DNA of 64,000 nt from Candidatus Omnitrophota bacterium (GTDB lineage: Bacteria > Omnitrophota > Gorgyraeia > Zapsychrales > Zapsychraceae), in NCBI GenBank assembly GCA_021108075.1, contig JAIORP010000030.1:133-64132 (forward strand), read 5' to 3'. The notes below the pieces were generated by a model, which saw nothing but the letters and a program-made list of their open reading frames with translations, was not told the DNA's origin and made no database searches. The position numbers were made by a program, and so were the translations under genes. Every line of letters begins with the position of its first letter. Position 1 is the first letter of the stretch. This document shows positions 49,923 to 60,217 of the stretch, one piece after another.

Positions 49923-51440
49923 ATGATCTATCCAACAAAAAAAGAATTTTTGGCACTAACAAAGAAAGGTAATTTGATCCCGGTTTACAAAGAGATCCTC
50001 GGTGATCTTGAAACACCGGTTTCGGCTTATTACAAGTTGGCGGCGAAAACAAAATTTTCTTTCCTATTAGAGTCGGTTGAAGGGGAGGAGAAAATCGCGC
50101 GGTATTCTTTTTTAGCCAGTGAGCCTGAACTGGTTCTGAAGACCAAAGGTCTGCAGGCGAGCATTCTCCGCCGGAAAGGCCGGAAGTTTACAAAAGAGAA
50201 TATTTCGTTTAACAATAATCCGTTAAATCTCATTCGGGATATCATGAGTCAATATCAATTTGTTCCGGTTAAAGGTCTTCCGCGCTTTTGCGGCGGGATG
50301 GTAGGATTTATGAGCTATGATACCGTTCGTTTTTTTGAGCGGTTACCACAGAAGACTGAGGATGATTTGAAGCTGCCGGACAATTTGTTTATCTTGGCAA
50401 AGAATATTCTTATTTTTGATCATTTGTCGCATAAGATTAAGATTGTGAAGTGTGTGGATATTCCCGGAAACAGTACTCGAGCGGACAAAATGAAAATTTA
50501 TGATCAAGCGCAGGCCTATTTCAATGATATGCGGTTGATATTAAAAAAACCTTTGAGGATGAATAAGCGTGATAAAAAAGTGACAGATAAGAAAAAAATA
50601 TCTTTGCGGGTCACTTCAAATTTTGACGAGAAAGAATTTAAGCATATTGTTCAGAAGGCGAAGAAAGAAATTCGTGCCGGTGAGATTATTCAGGTTGTTC
50701 TTTCGCAACGTTTCGAAGTTTCCTTGCACACGGACCCTTTTAATATTTATCGAATGCTGCGGGCCTTGAACCCGTCTCCGTACATGTACTATTTGAATTA
50801 CGATGACATTCAAATTATCGGATCTTCTCCGGAATTGCTTGTCCGTTGTGAAAACGGTATTGTCGAAACCCGCCCCATTGCAGGCACCCGTCCGCGCGGG
50901 CGTGATGACAAACATGACCAGGAATTGGCTGAGGATTTATTGCAGGACCCCAAAGAGCGTGCGGAACACATTATGCTCGTTGATTTAGGCCGAAATGACC
51001 TCGGTCGCGTTTCAGAGGCGGGCAGTGTCAAACTCACTGAATTTATGAAAATCGAGAAATATTCCCACGTCATGCACATCGTTTCCAATGTCCAGGGTCA
51101 CTTGAAGAAATCCTATGATGATTTTGATGTGCTCCAGTCCGCATTCCCGGCGGGGACCGTATCAGGGGCTCCTAAAATTCGTGCGATGGAGATCATTGAC
51201 GATCTCGAAAAAACGGCACGCGGCCCTTATGCTGGATGTATCGGTTATTTTAGTTTTTCCGGTAATCTGGATACCTGTATTACGATTCGAACGATCGTCG
51301 CGCATAAAGGTAAGGCTTATGTGCAAGCTGGCGCAGGGATAGTGGCTGATTCTAAACCCCAGAAGGAATACCAGGAGACAGTCAGTAAGGCCAAATCGCA
51401 AATTCTTGCGATTGAAATGGCCCATAGAACGGATTATTAA
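49923..51440 (+). CDS. Anthranilate synthase component I family (TrpE/PabB)
   Basis: It has a chorismate-binding fold (LLESVEGEEKIARYSFL..., ...GAPKIRAMEIIDDLE...). No adjacent trpG or trpD is present. Confidence 0.65.
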   Translation: MIYPTKKEFLALTKKGNLIPVYKEILGDLETPVSAYYKLAAKTKFSFLLESVEGEEKIARYSFLASEPELVLKTKGLQASILRRKGRKFTKENISFNNNPLNLIRDIMSQYQFVPVKGLPRFCGGMVGFMSYDTVRFFERLPQKTEDDLKLPDNLFILAKNILIFDHLSHKIKIVKCVDIPGNSTRADKMKIYDQAQAYFNDMRLILKKPLRMNKRDKKVTDKKKISLRVTSNFDEKEFKHIVQKAKKEIRAGEIIQVVLSQRFEVSLHTDPFNIYRMLRALNPSPYMYYLNYDDIQIIGSSPELLVRCENGIVETRPIAGTRPRGRDDKHDQELAEDLLQDPKERAEHIMLVDLGRNDLGRVSEAGSVKLTEFMKIEKYSHVMHIVSNVQGHLKKSYDDFDVLQSAFPAGTVSGAPKIRAMEIIDDLEKTARGPYAGCIGYFSFSGNLDTCITIRTIVAHKGKAYVQAGAGIVADSKPQKEYQETVSKAKSQILAIEMAHRTDY

Positions 51441-51599
51441 ACTTTTGATGAAAATACGCTGACAGGTTTGGTTATAACTGTCTGTGATAGATCGTTTTTT
51501 GATCAAAATATATTTTTCTTGCATTATCATGCTTATTGATATAAACTTCTACATTATTGTTAATATATTAATATGGTTAGAGTTAAGGAGAACGATTTA

Positions 51600-51872
51600 A
51601 TGGAAGTAAGATTACGGTTACAAAAATCAGGAAAGCCTGCCAAGGGAAGATACAATTATCGAGTCGTTGCGATCGCTCGTTCGAAGGGGCGCGATGCTCG
51701 TCATTTGGAAATTCTGGGGCATTATGATCCAGCAAAAGAACCGGCTAATTTATTTATCAATCTTGAAAAAGCGGATAAATGGATTCAGAGCGGGGCTCAA
51801 ATGAGCGATACCGTTAAAAGTCTTGTTAACCAAGAACGTGATAGACAAGCATCTGAAGCGGTACAATCATAA
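51600..51872 (+). CDS. rpsP: 30S ribosomal protein S16
   Basis: It has the N-terminus MEVRLRLQKSGKPAKGRYNYRVVA with AAGGAG upstream. The start is set at 51600, not the ORF-track 51573. Confidence 0.88.
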   Translation: MEVRLRLQKSGKPAKGRYNYRVVAIARSKGRDARHLEILGHYDPAKEPANLFINLEKADKWIQSGAQMSDTVKSLVNQERDRQASEAVQS

Positions 51873-51989
51873 GATATAAAAAATGCTTAGTGCTATAGCT
51901 CGAGGATTAGTCATCTTGAAGGATTACATCTATAGTTTTAAGCATTATTTTATGTATATCCTATAAACCTCAATGAAAGGATATTTTAT

Positions 51990-52292
51990 ATGCCTACGGA
52001 ACAAGCTGCAAATTCAGTGTTTTTTTCTAACCTGATTCCCATGCTCCTCGTTTGTCTTGTTTTTTATTTTGTGCTGATTAAACCAGAAAAGCAGAAGAAA
52101 AAAGACAAAGAGTCGATGCGGGATTCTATAAAGAAATCAGATAAAATAGTGACAGCCGGTGGGATTCATGGAACAGTTGTGATGGTTAAAGACAAGACTG
52201 TCATATTGCGATTAGATGATAATGTGCGCGTTGAATTTGATAAGGAAGCTATATCGACAATCACGAAAGCGAAAAATAAAACGGAAAGTTAA
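51990..52292 (+). CDS. yajC: Preprotein translocase subunit YajC
   Basis: It is 100 aa with a single transmembrane segment plus the conserved region KGDKIVTAGGIHGTV. It lies upstream of secDF. Confidence 0.8.
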   Translation: MPTEQAANSVFFSNLIPMLLVCLVFYFVLIKPEKQKKKDKESMRDSIKKSDKIVTAGGIHGTVVMVKDKTVILRLDDNVRVEFDKEAISTITKAKNKTES

Positions 52293-52315
52293 AAATATAT
52301 ATTTGTGGGGGGCTC

Positions 52316-54520
52316 ATGAATAAAAAACTTCGTAATAAAGTGTTAATTATCATAGGTGTTATTATTGGCTCGCTCCTGCTCACCTTTCCTCCTGAGAAAC
52401 ATATTAATTTAGGGCTTGATTTAAAGGGCGGGATGCATCTTGTCCTCAGGGTTGAACTGGAGAAACTTGATGCTAATGCTAAGAAAGATGCGGTTGACAG
52501 GGCCATCGAAATCCTGCGCAATCGAATCGATGAATTGGGGGGGCGGGAAGTTGTTATTCAAAAACAGGGCGTATCAAAAATACTCGTCCAAATTCCAGGT
52601 GTTGTTGACAGGCAGGAAGCACAGAAATTAATTGTTGGTGTGGCCCAATTGAATTTTCATCTTGTGCATGATGATAACAAAATGTTGGAACAAGCCTTGA
52701 ACAATGAAGCGATTCCTGAAGGATTTATTTTCAAACGGCTCGAGAAAGAAGATGATGAGGCCTTGATTCTGGAGGCGACGCCAGCCATGACAGGTGAAAA
52801 TGTCACCGATGCCCGTGTCGATTTCAATTCTTCCGGTTTTAATGAACCGCAGATTTCCCTTCAGTTTAACTCTAAGGGGGCGAAAGAATTTGCCAAGGTG
52901 ACTCGAGACAATGTCAACCGCCGTTTAGCGATTGTTTTGGACGATACCGTTTTATCCGCTCCGAATATTAAAGAAGCCATCCTGGGTGGCCGCGGACAAA
53001 TCACGGGCCGTTTTAGTTTTGAAGAAGCAAATCTGCTCGCCTTATCTTTGCGTTCGGGTGCTCTTCCAGCGCCGATGAAGATTGAAGAAGAACGGACAGT
53101 CGGACCATTGTTAGGAAAAGATTCGATTGATGCGGGTATTCGCGCAACCATTATTGCCGGTATTTTAGTTTTTATTTTCATGCTTGTTTATTACCGGAAA
53201 GCAGGGGTTATCTCCGATTTGGCATTGGCCATCAATTTGCTGCTGATCTTTGGAGTCATGGGCTTTTTTAACGCGATGATGCCTGACTCTCAACTCACAT
53301 TAACCCTGCCGGGTATTGCCGGTATTATCTTGACGTTAGGTATGGCCGTCGACGCCAATATTCTGATCAATGAACGCATTCGAGAGGAATTAAATTCCGG
53401 CCGGCCGTTGCAAACAGCGGTTAGCAATGGATTCAGCAAAGCGTTGAAGGCGATCGTCGATTCGAATACGACAACTCTTATTGCCGCGTTGATGCTGTTT
53501 ATTTTTGGTTCAGGCCCGATCAAAGGTTTCGCGGTAACACTCTCCATCGGTTTGGCCGCCAGTTTGTTTACAGCTTTGTTTGTAACAAGGACATTGTTTG
53601 AGGTGTTGATCAGTAACAAAATGCTGAAAACTCTGCCCATGAGGAGCTTCTTTGATAAATCCAATATAAATTTTATTTCCAAACGCTGGGTTTGTTTTGT
53701 CCTGTCTTTGATCCTGGTTGGTGCTAGTGTCTTTGTTTTTTTACAAAAAAAATCGGATGCTTATGGTATCGATTTTGCTGGTGGTCAGATTCAGGAATAT
53801 CGTTTTAATAAGGAAATTCCCGTGGACAGTATTCGCCAAACTTTAAAGTCTGTTGGATTAGACGAGGTTGTTATTCAGCAATTCAAAGAAAGTCCTGAGA
53901 GTGTTATGATCCGCTCTGCAGATGAAACCGATAAAATCGTCGTTGAAGCCTTTAAGAAATCGTATCCGGAAAATCCTTTTGATGTATTAAGGGTTGAACT
54001 CGTTGGTCCTGTCGTGGGTAAGGATTTAAGGAATAAGGCTTTAGCATCAATCATTTGTGCTGTCGGGGCCATTCTTCTTTATGTTGGATTTCGTTTTAAG
54101 CACTTCGATTTTGGAACGGCGGGTGTTATCGCCTTGTTGCACGACGTTATTGTCACGACGGGAATTATTGTCTTTATGGGTCGGCAAATTGATCTGCTTG
54201 TTGTAACCGCTATGTTGACGATCGCTGGTTACTCGATTAATGATACGATCATCATTTATGATCGTGTTCGCGAGAACATGGTCAATCACCAAAAGAAAAG
54301 GTTAGCGGACATTATTAATATCAGCATTAATCAAACATTAAGCCGGACGCTTTTAACAACATTAACGACCTTTATCGTAGTGGTAACTTTGTTTATTAAA
54401 GGTGGCGAGGTTCTCAATACATTCGCATTATGTTTGATGGTCGGTGTCTTAGCCGGTACCTATTCGACTATTTTTATCGCGTGTCCTCTGGCTTTGGTCT
54501 GGGATAAAAAGAAAAAGTAG
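52316..54520 (+). CDS. secDF: Fused protein-export membrane protein SecDF
   Basis: It is 734 aa with two SecD/SecF transmembrane bundles and large periplasmic domains. Confidence 0.88.
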   Translation: MNKKLRNKVLIIIGVIIGSLLLTFPPEKHINLGLDLKGGMHLVLRVELEKLDANAKKDAVDRAIEILRNRIDELGGREVVIQKQGVSKILVQIPGVVDRQEAQKLIVGVAQLNFHLVHDDNKMLEQALNNEAIPEGFIFKRLEKEDDEALILEATPAMTGENVTDARVDFNSSGFNEPQISLQFNSKGAKEFAKVTRDNVNRRLAIVLDDTVLSAPNIKEAILGGRGQITGRFSFEEANLLALSLRSGALPAPMKIEEERTVGPLLGKDSIDAGIRATIIAGILVFIFMLVYYRKAGVISDLALAINLLLIFGVMGFFNAMMPDSQLTLTLPGIAGIILTLGMAVDANILINERIREELNSGRPLQTAVSNGFSKALKAIVDSNTTTLIAALMLFIFGSGPIKGFAVTLSIGLAASLFTALFVTRTLFEVLISNKMLKTLPMRSFFDKSNINFISKRWVCFVLSLILVGASVFVFLQKKSDAYGIDFAGGQIQEYRFNKEIPVDSIRQTLKSVGLDEVVIQQFKESPESVMIRSADETDKIVVEAFKKSYPENPFDVLRVELVGPVVGKDLRNKALASIICAVGAILLYVGFRFKHFDFGTAGVIALLHDVIVTTGIIVFMGRQIDLLVVTAMLTIAGYSINDTIIIYDRVRENMVNHQKKRLADIINISINQTLSRTLLTTLTTFIVVVTLFIKGGEVLNTFALCLMVGVLAGTYSTIFIACPLALVWDKKKK

Positions 54521-54627
54521 TTTGCTGAATATTATGAATGATATAGAGTTGCAGCATCCCTTTTGGCGGAAACGGATTAACGATGATTTTGTTTTCGCAA
54601 TAACATATAGTAACGATATATGATGAA

Positions 54628-54670
54628 ATCACCATAAGACCAGGGCCTGGGACTATGGTGATTTTGTTTA
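54628..54670 (+). terminator. Rho-independent terminator after secDF
   Basis: The stem is ATCACCATA / TATGGTGAT. The loop contains the CCAGGGCCTGG palindrome. TTTTGTTT follows the stem. Confidence 0.5.
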
Positions 54671-56625
54671 TAGGGAGAATGGCAGTGGATTCAGTTTTTC
54701 ATTCCATGGAACTATTTGTTGGTCAGGATATTGATCTTGAAATTGTTGTTCAACGGTTGGCAGCGTTTCAATATGTGCGGGATAAGAAGGCCCTTGCCGA
54801 GGGAACGTTTAGCGTCCGCGGCGGCATTCTCGATGTTTATCCGATTAATTTTGAAGGGCCGATTCGGATTGATTTTGATGATGATCAAATTATGCGGATT
54901 GCCTCGGTCAATATGAAGACCGGTAAATCTATCTGGCAACATAAGATTGTTATTGTTCTGCCGAAGAAACAAGATGGCCGACAAATATTCTCAGCCGATA
55001 TTCCTTTGAACAATTTTGTGGACATTCAAAAAGGTGATTATGTCGTTCACAACCATCATGGCATTGGTAAATTTCTTGGTATTAAAAGCATTGAGGTTGG
55101 AGAACAGAAAAAGAAACATCTGGTTATCGAATATGATGGGGGTGACCGCTTATATGTTCCGCAACATGATATGCGCATGATCCAGAAATATGTAAGTTTT
55201 AATAAAAAACCACCGCGAATTTATCGACTTGGCAGTAAGGAATGGAAACGTGTTCGGGCTTTAATTCAAAAAAAGATTCAGCGTTTGGCTGCTGAATTAT
55301 TACATACCCAGGCCTTAAGGGCCTCATTGCAGGGATACCGTTTTGATTCTGACTCCCCGTGGCAAAAAGACATGGAGGAAAAGTTTCCTTATGAAGAAAC
55401 GCCTGACCAGGTTATCGCGACAGAAGCCGTGAAGAAGGATATGGAAGAGGGCCAACCCATGGACCGTTTGTTGTGCGGTGATGTTGGTTATGGGAAGACA
55501 GAGGTCGCTTTGCGGGCCGCCTTTAAGGCGGTTATGAGTGGAAAGCAGGTCGCCATCTTGGTGCCGACGACAATTTTAGCGGAACAACACTTTATTAACT
55601 TTTCAAACCGTATGCGGGATTTTCCTGTGAATGTGTCAATGTTAAGCCGATTTCGAACAAAGTCGGAACAAACCAAAATCATTGAAGAGGTACATAAGGG
55701 GGCCGTGGATATTATTATCGGCACACACCGGTTGTTATCCGGTGATATTGGTTTTAAGGATTTAGGTTTAATCATCATAGACGAGGAGCAGCGTTTCGGA
55801 GTTAAATCGAAAGAGCGTCTTAAGCGTTACCGTTTACTCGCCGATGTCTTAACCTTAACCGCTACGCCGATTCCTCGTACATTGCATATGGCATTGACGG
55901 GCGCGCGGGATATGTCTGTGATATCCACACCTCCGCAAAATAGGTTGCCTGTTAAAACAGAAGTGATCAGTTTCGATGAAGATATCGTCCGTAAGGCTCT
56001 TCATCGGGAATTAAGGCGGAAAGGCCAAGTGTTTTTCTTGCATAATCGCATTGAAGATATTGAACAAATTGGTACAATAATAAATAAGTTGGTCAGTAAG
56101 GCCAGAGTGGCCGTTGCTCATGGCCAAATGTCTGGTCGCTTGCTAGAAGATATCATGTTGAAATTTTTGAACAAAGATATTGATGTCCTTGTATGCACGA
56201 CGATTATCGAATCAGGAATTGATATACCGAACGCGAATACGATCATCGTTAACCGGGCCGATTTATTTGGCTTAGCAGACCTGCATCAGTTGCGTGGACG
56301 TGTCGGCCGAGAAAACAAAAGAGCTTACGCTTATTTTGTTGTTCCAGACCGAAGAACCATATCCGCCCTCGCGCAAGCAAGGATAGATGCCATTGAGAAA
56401 TATTGCGGTCTGGGTGCGGGTTTTCATATCGCTTTTGAAGATTTGCAGATTCGCGGTGCAGGAAATTTATTAGGAAAAGAACAACATGGTTTTATCACCA
56501 CGATCGGGTTTGATCTTTATTGCCGTATGTTGAAAGAATCTGTGGAAAATTTAAAAAAGACAGGGTTTGAGCAATATTTAAAAGAGAAAGTTAAGGTTGA
56601 GCAGAAGGAGGAATTAGTTCGATGA
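54655..56625 (+). CDS. Mfd-like transcription-repair coupling factor lacking the N-terminal UvrA-binding region and the C-terminal D7 domain
   Basis: It has the RNAP-interacting CarD/TRCF domain (GDYVVHNHHGIGKFLGI...GDRLYVP). It has the SF2 translocase motifs GDVGYGKTEVALRAA and DEEQRFG, and the TRG motif LRGRVGR. It is only 656 aa. The true start is probably downstream of 54655, since the annotated start lies in the terminator stem. Confidence 0.7.
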   Translation: MVILFIGRMAVDSVFHSMELFVGQDIDLEIVVQRLAAFQYVRDKKALAEGTFSVRGGILDVYPINFEGPIRIDFDDDQIMRIASVNMKTGKSIWQHKIVIVLPKKQDGRQIFSADIPLNNFVDIQKGDYVVHNHHGIGKFLGIKSIEVGEQKKKHLVIEYDGGDRLYVPQHDMRMIQKYVSFNKKPPRIYRLGSKEWKRVRALIQKKIQRLAAELLHTQALRASLQGYRFDSDSPWQKDMEEKFPYEETPDQVIATEAVKKDMEEGQPMDRLLCGDVGYGKTEVALRAAFKAVMSGKQVAILVPTTILAEQHFINFSNRMRDFPVNVSMLSRFRTKSEQTKIIEEVHKGAVDIIIGTHRLLSGDIGFKDLGLIIIDEEQRFGVKSKERLKRYRLLADVLTLTATPIPRTLHMALTGARDMSVISTPPQNRLPVKTEVISFDEDIVRKALHRELRRKGQVFFLHNRIEDIEQIGTIINKLVSKARVAVAHGQMSGRLLEDIMLKFLNKDIDVLVCTTIIESGIDIPNANTIIVNRADLFGLADLHQLRGRVGRENKRAYAYFVVPDRRTISALAQARIDAIEKYCGLGAGFHIAFEDLQIRGAGNLLGKEQHGFITTIGFDLYCRMLKESVENLKKTGFEQYLKEKVKVEQKEELVR

Positions 56626-57566
56626 AAATAGTTTGCCGAATGATTCACGTGATGATGTTATTATCATTTTTGTGCGTTGCCGTGCCATCCAGTTGGGCTG
56701 TCGTTGACGCAATCATTGCTATTGTTAATGACGAGTTGATCACCCTTAAGGACCTAAAAGATTATTTGCGCAATACATTTGTCAGTCTTAATGCCGAAGG
56801 AATGCCGGAGAGAAAAATTAGAGCCATTATGGCCGATTTAGAAAAGGATGGTATCCGAAGTTTAATTGAAGATAAATTGATTTTAAGCCGTGCCAATGAA
56901 ATGGGTCTGGAGGTCAGTGAAAAAGCCATTGCAGGCCGGTTAGCCAAAATCAAAGAGAAGTATCCGTCGGAAGAAGAATTCCTAAAAGGTTTAATTGATA
57001 ATGGTGCAAGTGTAACGGATTTGCGCAACAAGATCACCGAGCAGTTGAAAATTAAGTATGTCGTCGAGCATGAGGTCCGTTCAAAAATTTATGTGAATCC
57101 CCAAGAGGTGACCAATTATTATGAGCAAAATAGGCAACAGTTTAAACGCAAAGAACGGATCAATTTGGATTCCATTTTTATCAGCCTCGTAGAAGGCAAA
57201 AAGCGTGCGAGAGAGAAGGCCCAACAGGCTTATGATTTGATTGAGAGCGGAAAAGATTTTTTGGAAGTTGCCCGGGTTTATTCAGACGCCCCTTCAATTG
57301 GAGTCATTGAAAAAGGTCAATTGATTCTTGAGATTGAACGGGTCATTTTTGGTTTGAAAGACAGTCAGCTCTCTGAAATTATTGAGGTTGATGCCGGTTT
57401 TTATATTCTAAAGCTCAGAGGCCGTATCGCATCTCAAATTGCGGGTCTGTTGGAAGTCAAAAAAGAAATTTACGATTACATCTATGAAGAGAAATTTAAG
57501 AGAAATCTCACCCGATGGCTAGCCCAGTTGAAAGCAGAGGCTTTTATTGATATAAAGGAACAGTAG
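56622..57566 (+). CDS. SurA-like periplasmic chaperone with one parvulin PPIase domain
   Basis: It has a signal peptide, a SurA N-terminal domain (DAIIAIVNDELITLKDL) and a PpiC-type PPIase domain. It forms a surA-pdxA-ksgA arrangement. Confidence 0.7.
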   Translation: MKIVCRMIHVMMLLSFLCVAVPSSWAVVDAIIAIVNDELITLKDLKDYLRNTFVSLNAEGMPERKIRAIMADLEKDGIRSLIEDKLILSRANEMGLEVSEKAIAGRLAKIKEKYPSEEEFLKGLIDNGASVTDLRNKITEQLKIKYVVEHEVRSKIYVNPQEVTNYYEQNRQQFKRKERINLDSIFISLVEGKKRAREKAQQAYDLIESGKDFLEVARVYSDAPSIGVIEKGQLILEIERVIFGLKDSQLSEIIEVDAGFYILKLRGRIASQIAGLLEVKKEIYDYIYEEKFKRNLTRWLAQLKAEAFIDIKEQ

Positions 57567-57571
57567 GGTTT

Positions 57572-58540
57572 ATGATGCAGCGCATCCGTGTAGGGATAAC
57601 GATGGGGGATCCGGCCGGAATCGGTCCTGAGGTCATTTCCAAATCACTTGCTCACGATGATATCCGCGAACAAGCGGATTATATTATTGTCGGTGATCGG
57701 CGTTTTTATCATAAGCATGCGTCCTCGATTGATCCTTCTGTGCAATTTGTCGACATGGCGAATGTTCCCGCGGGTATTCGAACGGGCATGGTTAGTCGAG
57801 AAGCGGGTCTCGCTTCATATCAATATCTTGAAAGAGCCGTTCGTTTGATAAAGGATGGTGACATCCAGGCGCTTGTCACAGCACCTGTTTGTAAGGAGGC
57901 CATTTCTTTAAATCAAATTCCATTTCAAGGCCATACAGAATTCCTCGCGCAATCGTTTAACGCCAACAACATCGGCATGCTTTTCGTCGCGGGAGAAATG
58001 AGAACAATTATCGTGACACGTCACCTGCCTTTATGTGAAGTGCCTCGAGCCATCACGACGGAAAGTGTTTATCAAACTATTCAGATAACAAATCAGGGCT
58101 TAAAGTGTTTGTTTAATATTGAAAAACCTGTGATCGGTGTGTGTGGATTAAACCCGCATGCCGGTGAAGGGGGTCGACTGGGTGATGATGAAAGGAATAC
58201 GATTATTCCTGCTATTGAACAATCCTTAAAAAATGGTCTCGATGTCCACGGGCCGTTCGCTTCAGATACATTGTTTCAACCTTCCTGGGAAAAACGCTAC
58301 GATGCTATTGTCGCCATGTATCATGATCAAGGATTAATTCCCATAAAGACATTGTCCATGCATCGTCTGGTTAATTTGACCCTTGGTTTGCCTTTTATCC
58401 GCACGTCTCCCGCTCATGGGACAGCCTTCGATATCGCCGGCCAGAACAGAGCTCATTCTGATTCGATGGTGGAGTCGCTTAAACTTGCGGTCCAACTAAC
58501 ACAACTTCAACTTCCCGGTAACTCGCAGAAAGAGGGCTGA
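57572..58540 (+). CDS. pdxA: 4-hydroxythreonine-4-phosphate dehydrogenase
   Basis: It has the N-terminus ITMGDPAGIGPE and metal-binding His motifs (HTEF, ...MYHDQG...). Confidence 0.85.
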   Translation: MMQRIRVGITMGDPAGIGPEVISKSLAHDDIREQADYIIVGDRRFYHKHASSIDPSVQFVDMANVPAGIRTGMVSREAGLASYQYLERAVRLIKDGDIQALVTAPVCKEAISLNQIPFQGHTEFLAQSFNANNIGMLFVAGEMRTIIVTRHLPLCEVPRAITTESVYQTIQITNQGLKCLFNIEKPVIGVCGLNPHAGEGGRLGDDERNTIIPAIEQSLKNGLDVHGPFASDTLFQPSWEKRYDAIVAMYHDQGLIPIKTLSMHRLVNLTLGLPFIRTSPAHGTAFDIAGQNRAHSDSMVESLKLAVQLTQLQLPGNSQKEG

Positions 58541-59340
58541 TGACATTTATAGCGAAGAAATCATTAGGCCAGAATTTTTTAGTCAATTCACATTACAGAA
58601 ATAAAATACTTGAGGCCTGTTGTTTGGGTCCAGATGATATTGTTTTAGAAATAGGACCGGGACGGGGTGCTTTGACTTTTGAGTTGGCTAAAAGAGTCAA
58701 GAAGGTTATCGCTGTCGAAGTCGATGACGAGTTGTTTGCCTGGCTTTCCCAACAGCAAGCGGATTCCAATATAGAATTTATCCACCAATCGATATTGGAT
58801 TTTCCTTTAGATCGATTGCCTGAGGGAACGATTGTTGTCAGCAACCTGCCGTATAATATCGCCACCCCAATTATTGAAAGAATTTTAGCTTGCCGAAATA
58901 GGATAAAGAAATTTTATATGACTGTTCAATTAGAATATGGTCAGCGGATTGTTGCGAGCCCGGGAAGCAAGAAATACGGATCGTTCAGTTGTTTTGTTCA
59001 ATATTACGCGTCAACACGGTTTCTTTTTAAAATACCTCCAGCAGCTTTCCGTCCTGTCCCAAAAGTATACTCCTGTTTTTTATGTTTAAATATTTCTCCT
59101 TCAAAAGGTCATGCGCAAAAAGATGAAGACTTTTTGTTTCGATTGATTCGAACAGCCTTTCAGCAAAGGCGAAAAAAGTTGGCTAATGCCTTATGCGCCA
59201 TTATGTCTAAAGACGATATGGAAAAAATTTTATTGCAAACAGAGATCCCTTTAGATTTTCGGGCGGAAAGCGTTTCATTAGAACAGTATATGCAGATTGC
59301 GGTACGTGCACAGCAGGGGATGGACAGCCAAAGGGATTAG
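58540..59340 (+). CDS. rsmA: 16S rRNA (adenine1518/1519-N6)-dimethyltransferase
   Basis: It has SLGQNFL and the SAM motif EIGPGRGALT, and NLPYNI. Confidence 0.88.
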   Translation: MTFIAKKSLGQNFLVNSHYRNKILEACCLGPDDIVLEIGPGRGALTFELAKRVKKVIAVEVDDELFAWLSQQQADSNIEFIHQSILDFPLDRLPEGTIVVSNLPYNIATPIIERILACRNRIKKFYMTVQLEYGQRIVASPGSKKYGSFSCFVQYYASTRFLFKIPPAAFRPVPKVYSCFLCLNISPSKGHAQKDEDFLFRLIRTAFQQRRKKLANALCAIMSKDDMEKILLQTEIPLDFRAESVSLEQYMQIAVRAQQGMDSQRD

Positions 59341-59346
59341 GCCGTA

Positions 59347-59811
59347 TTAATTTGTTTGATCATCCGGAACTTCGGGGGTTTTTATCTCCGTTGAAACAGA
59401 TTCTCCGATAGACGTCCATCCGTTAAACCATTTATTGACCATGTCTGATTTATTGATTTCAAACGCATGCTCGTAAATGAGATTACGATCTGGATCACTG
59501 ATATACTTGAATCTGATGCCCAACTTTTTTTCTTTACCGTTTATGCTTGTCCAAATAACTTGTCCTTTGATGTATATGGATTTCGCCGGGGCAAGCAAGA
59601 TTTTGAGCCAGAGAATGTCAGATGTGGGATTTTGGGTGTCTGTAATGACACAGGTTCCTACATAATTGAGGTCTTTTGTGAATGCGGAATAAAGCGTCGT
59701 ATCCTGGGGGAGATGGTAATGGACATGATTACGGGCCAGCCATCGGGGGAGATATCTAGCATCCGAAGGTTTTAAATTGTTAACAGTACCATTTGTTTCA
59801 GGCAGAATCAT
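59347..59811 (-). CDS. Hypothetical protein, possibly PilZ-like
   Basis: It is 154 aa. It has an RxxxR-like motif (RYLPR) ahead of a beta-rich region. The assignment is weak. Confidence 0.25.
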   Translation of the reverse strand: MILPETNGTVNNLKPSDARYLPRWLARNHVHYHLPQDTTLYSAFTKDLNYVGTCVITDTQNPTSDILWLKILLAPAKSIYIKGQVIWTSINGKEKKLGIRFKYISDPDRNLIYEHAFEINKSDMVNKWFNGWTSIGESVSTEIKTPEVPDDQTN

Positions 59812-60217
59812 TCTCCTTAATCATGCCTAATTTTATAAGCATTGTATATAAGAAATAAATCTAACTGATATTTGTTCAGATAGAATTAAATTACCATATT
59901 TAGTATGAATGTAACATGGATGAAATTAGACATCAAGTTATATTTAATTTTTTAAAATAGCTATAAAAATGTTTGTTCTTTAGTAAAAATCATTTTGGAC
60001 ACTATGATGGAGATATTTATTTCCAGCGGGAATACCCCGCCTATGAATGCGGGGATGAGAGATACGCTCAGAAACGAAGTTTCCGGACAATGATTAGCGC
60101 CAATAACGCTTGTAACAGTAAGTCCAACGGGTGTGAACCCGTGGGAATCTATTTAACAATCAGTGTGATAAGTGCTAGAAATTTTTTTCAATTAATTATT
60201 ATTTTAGGAGAAGACCT

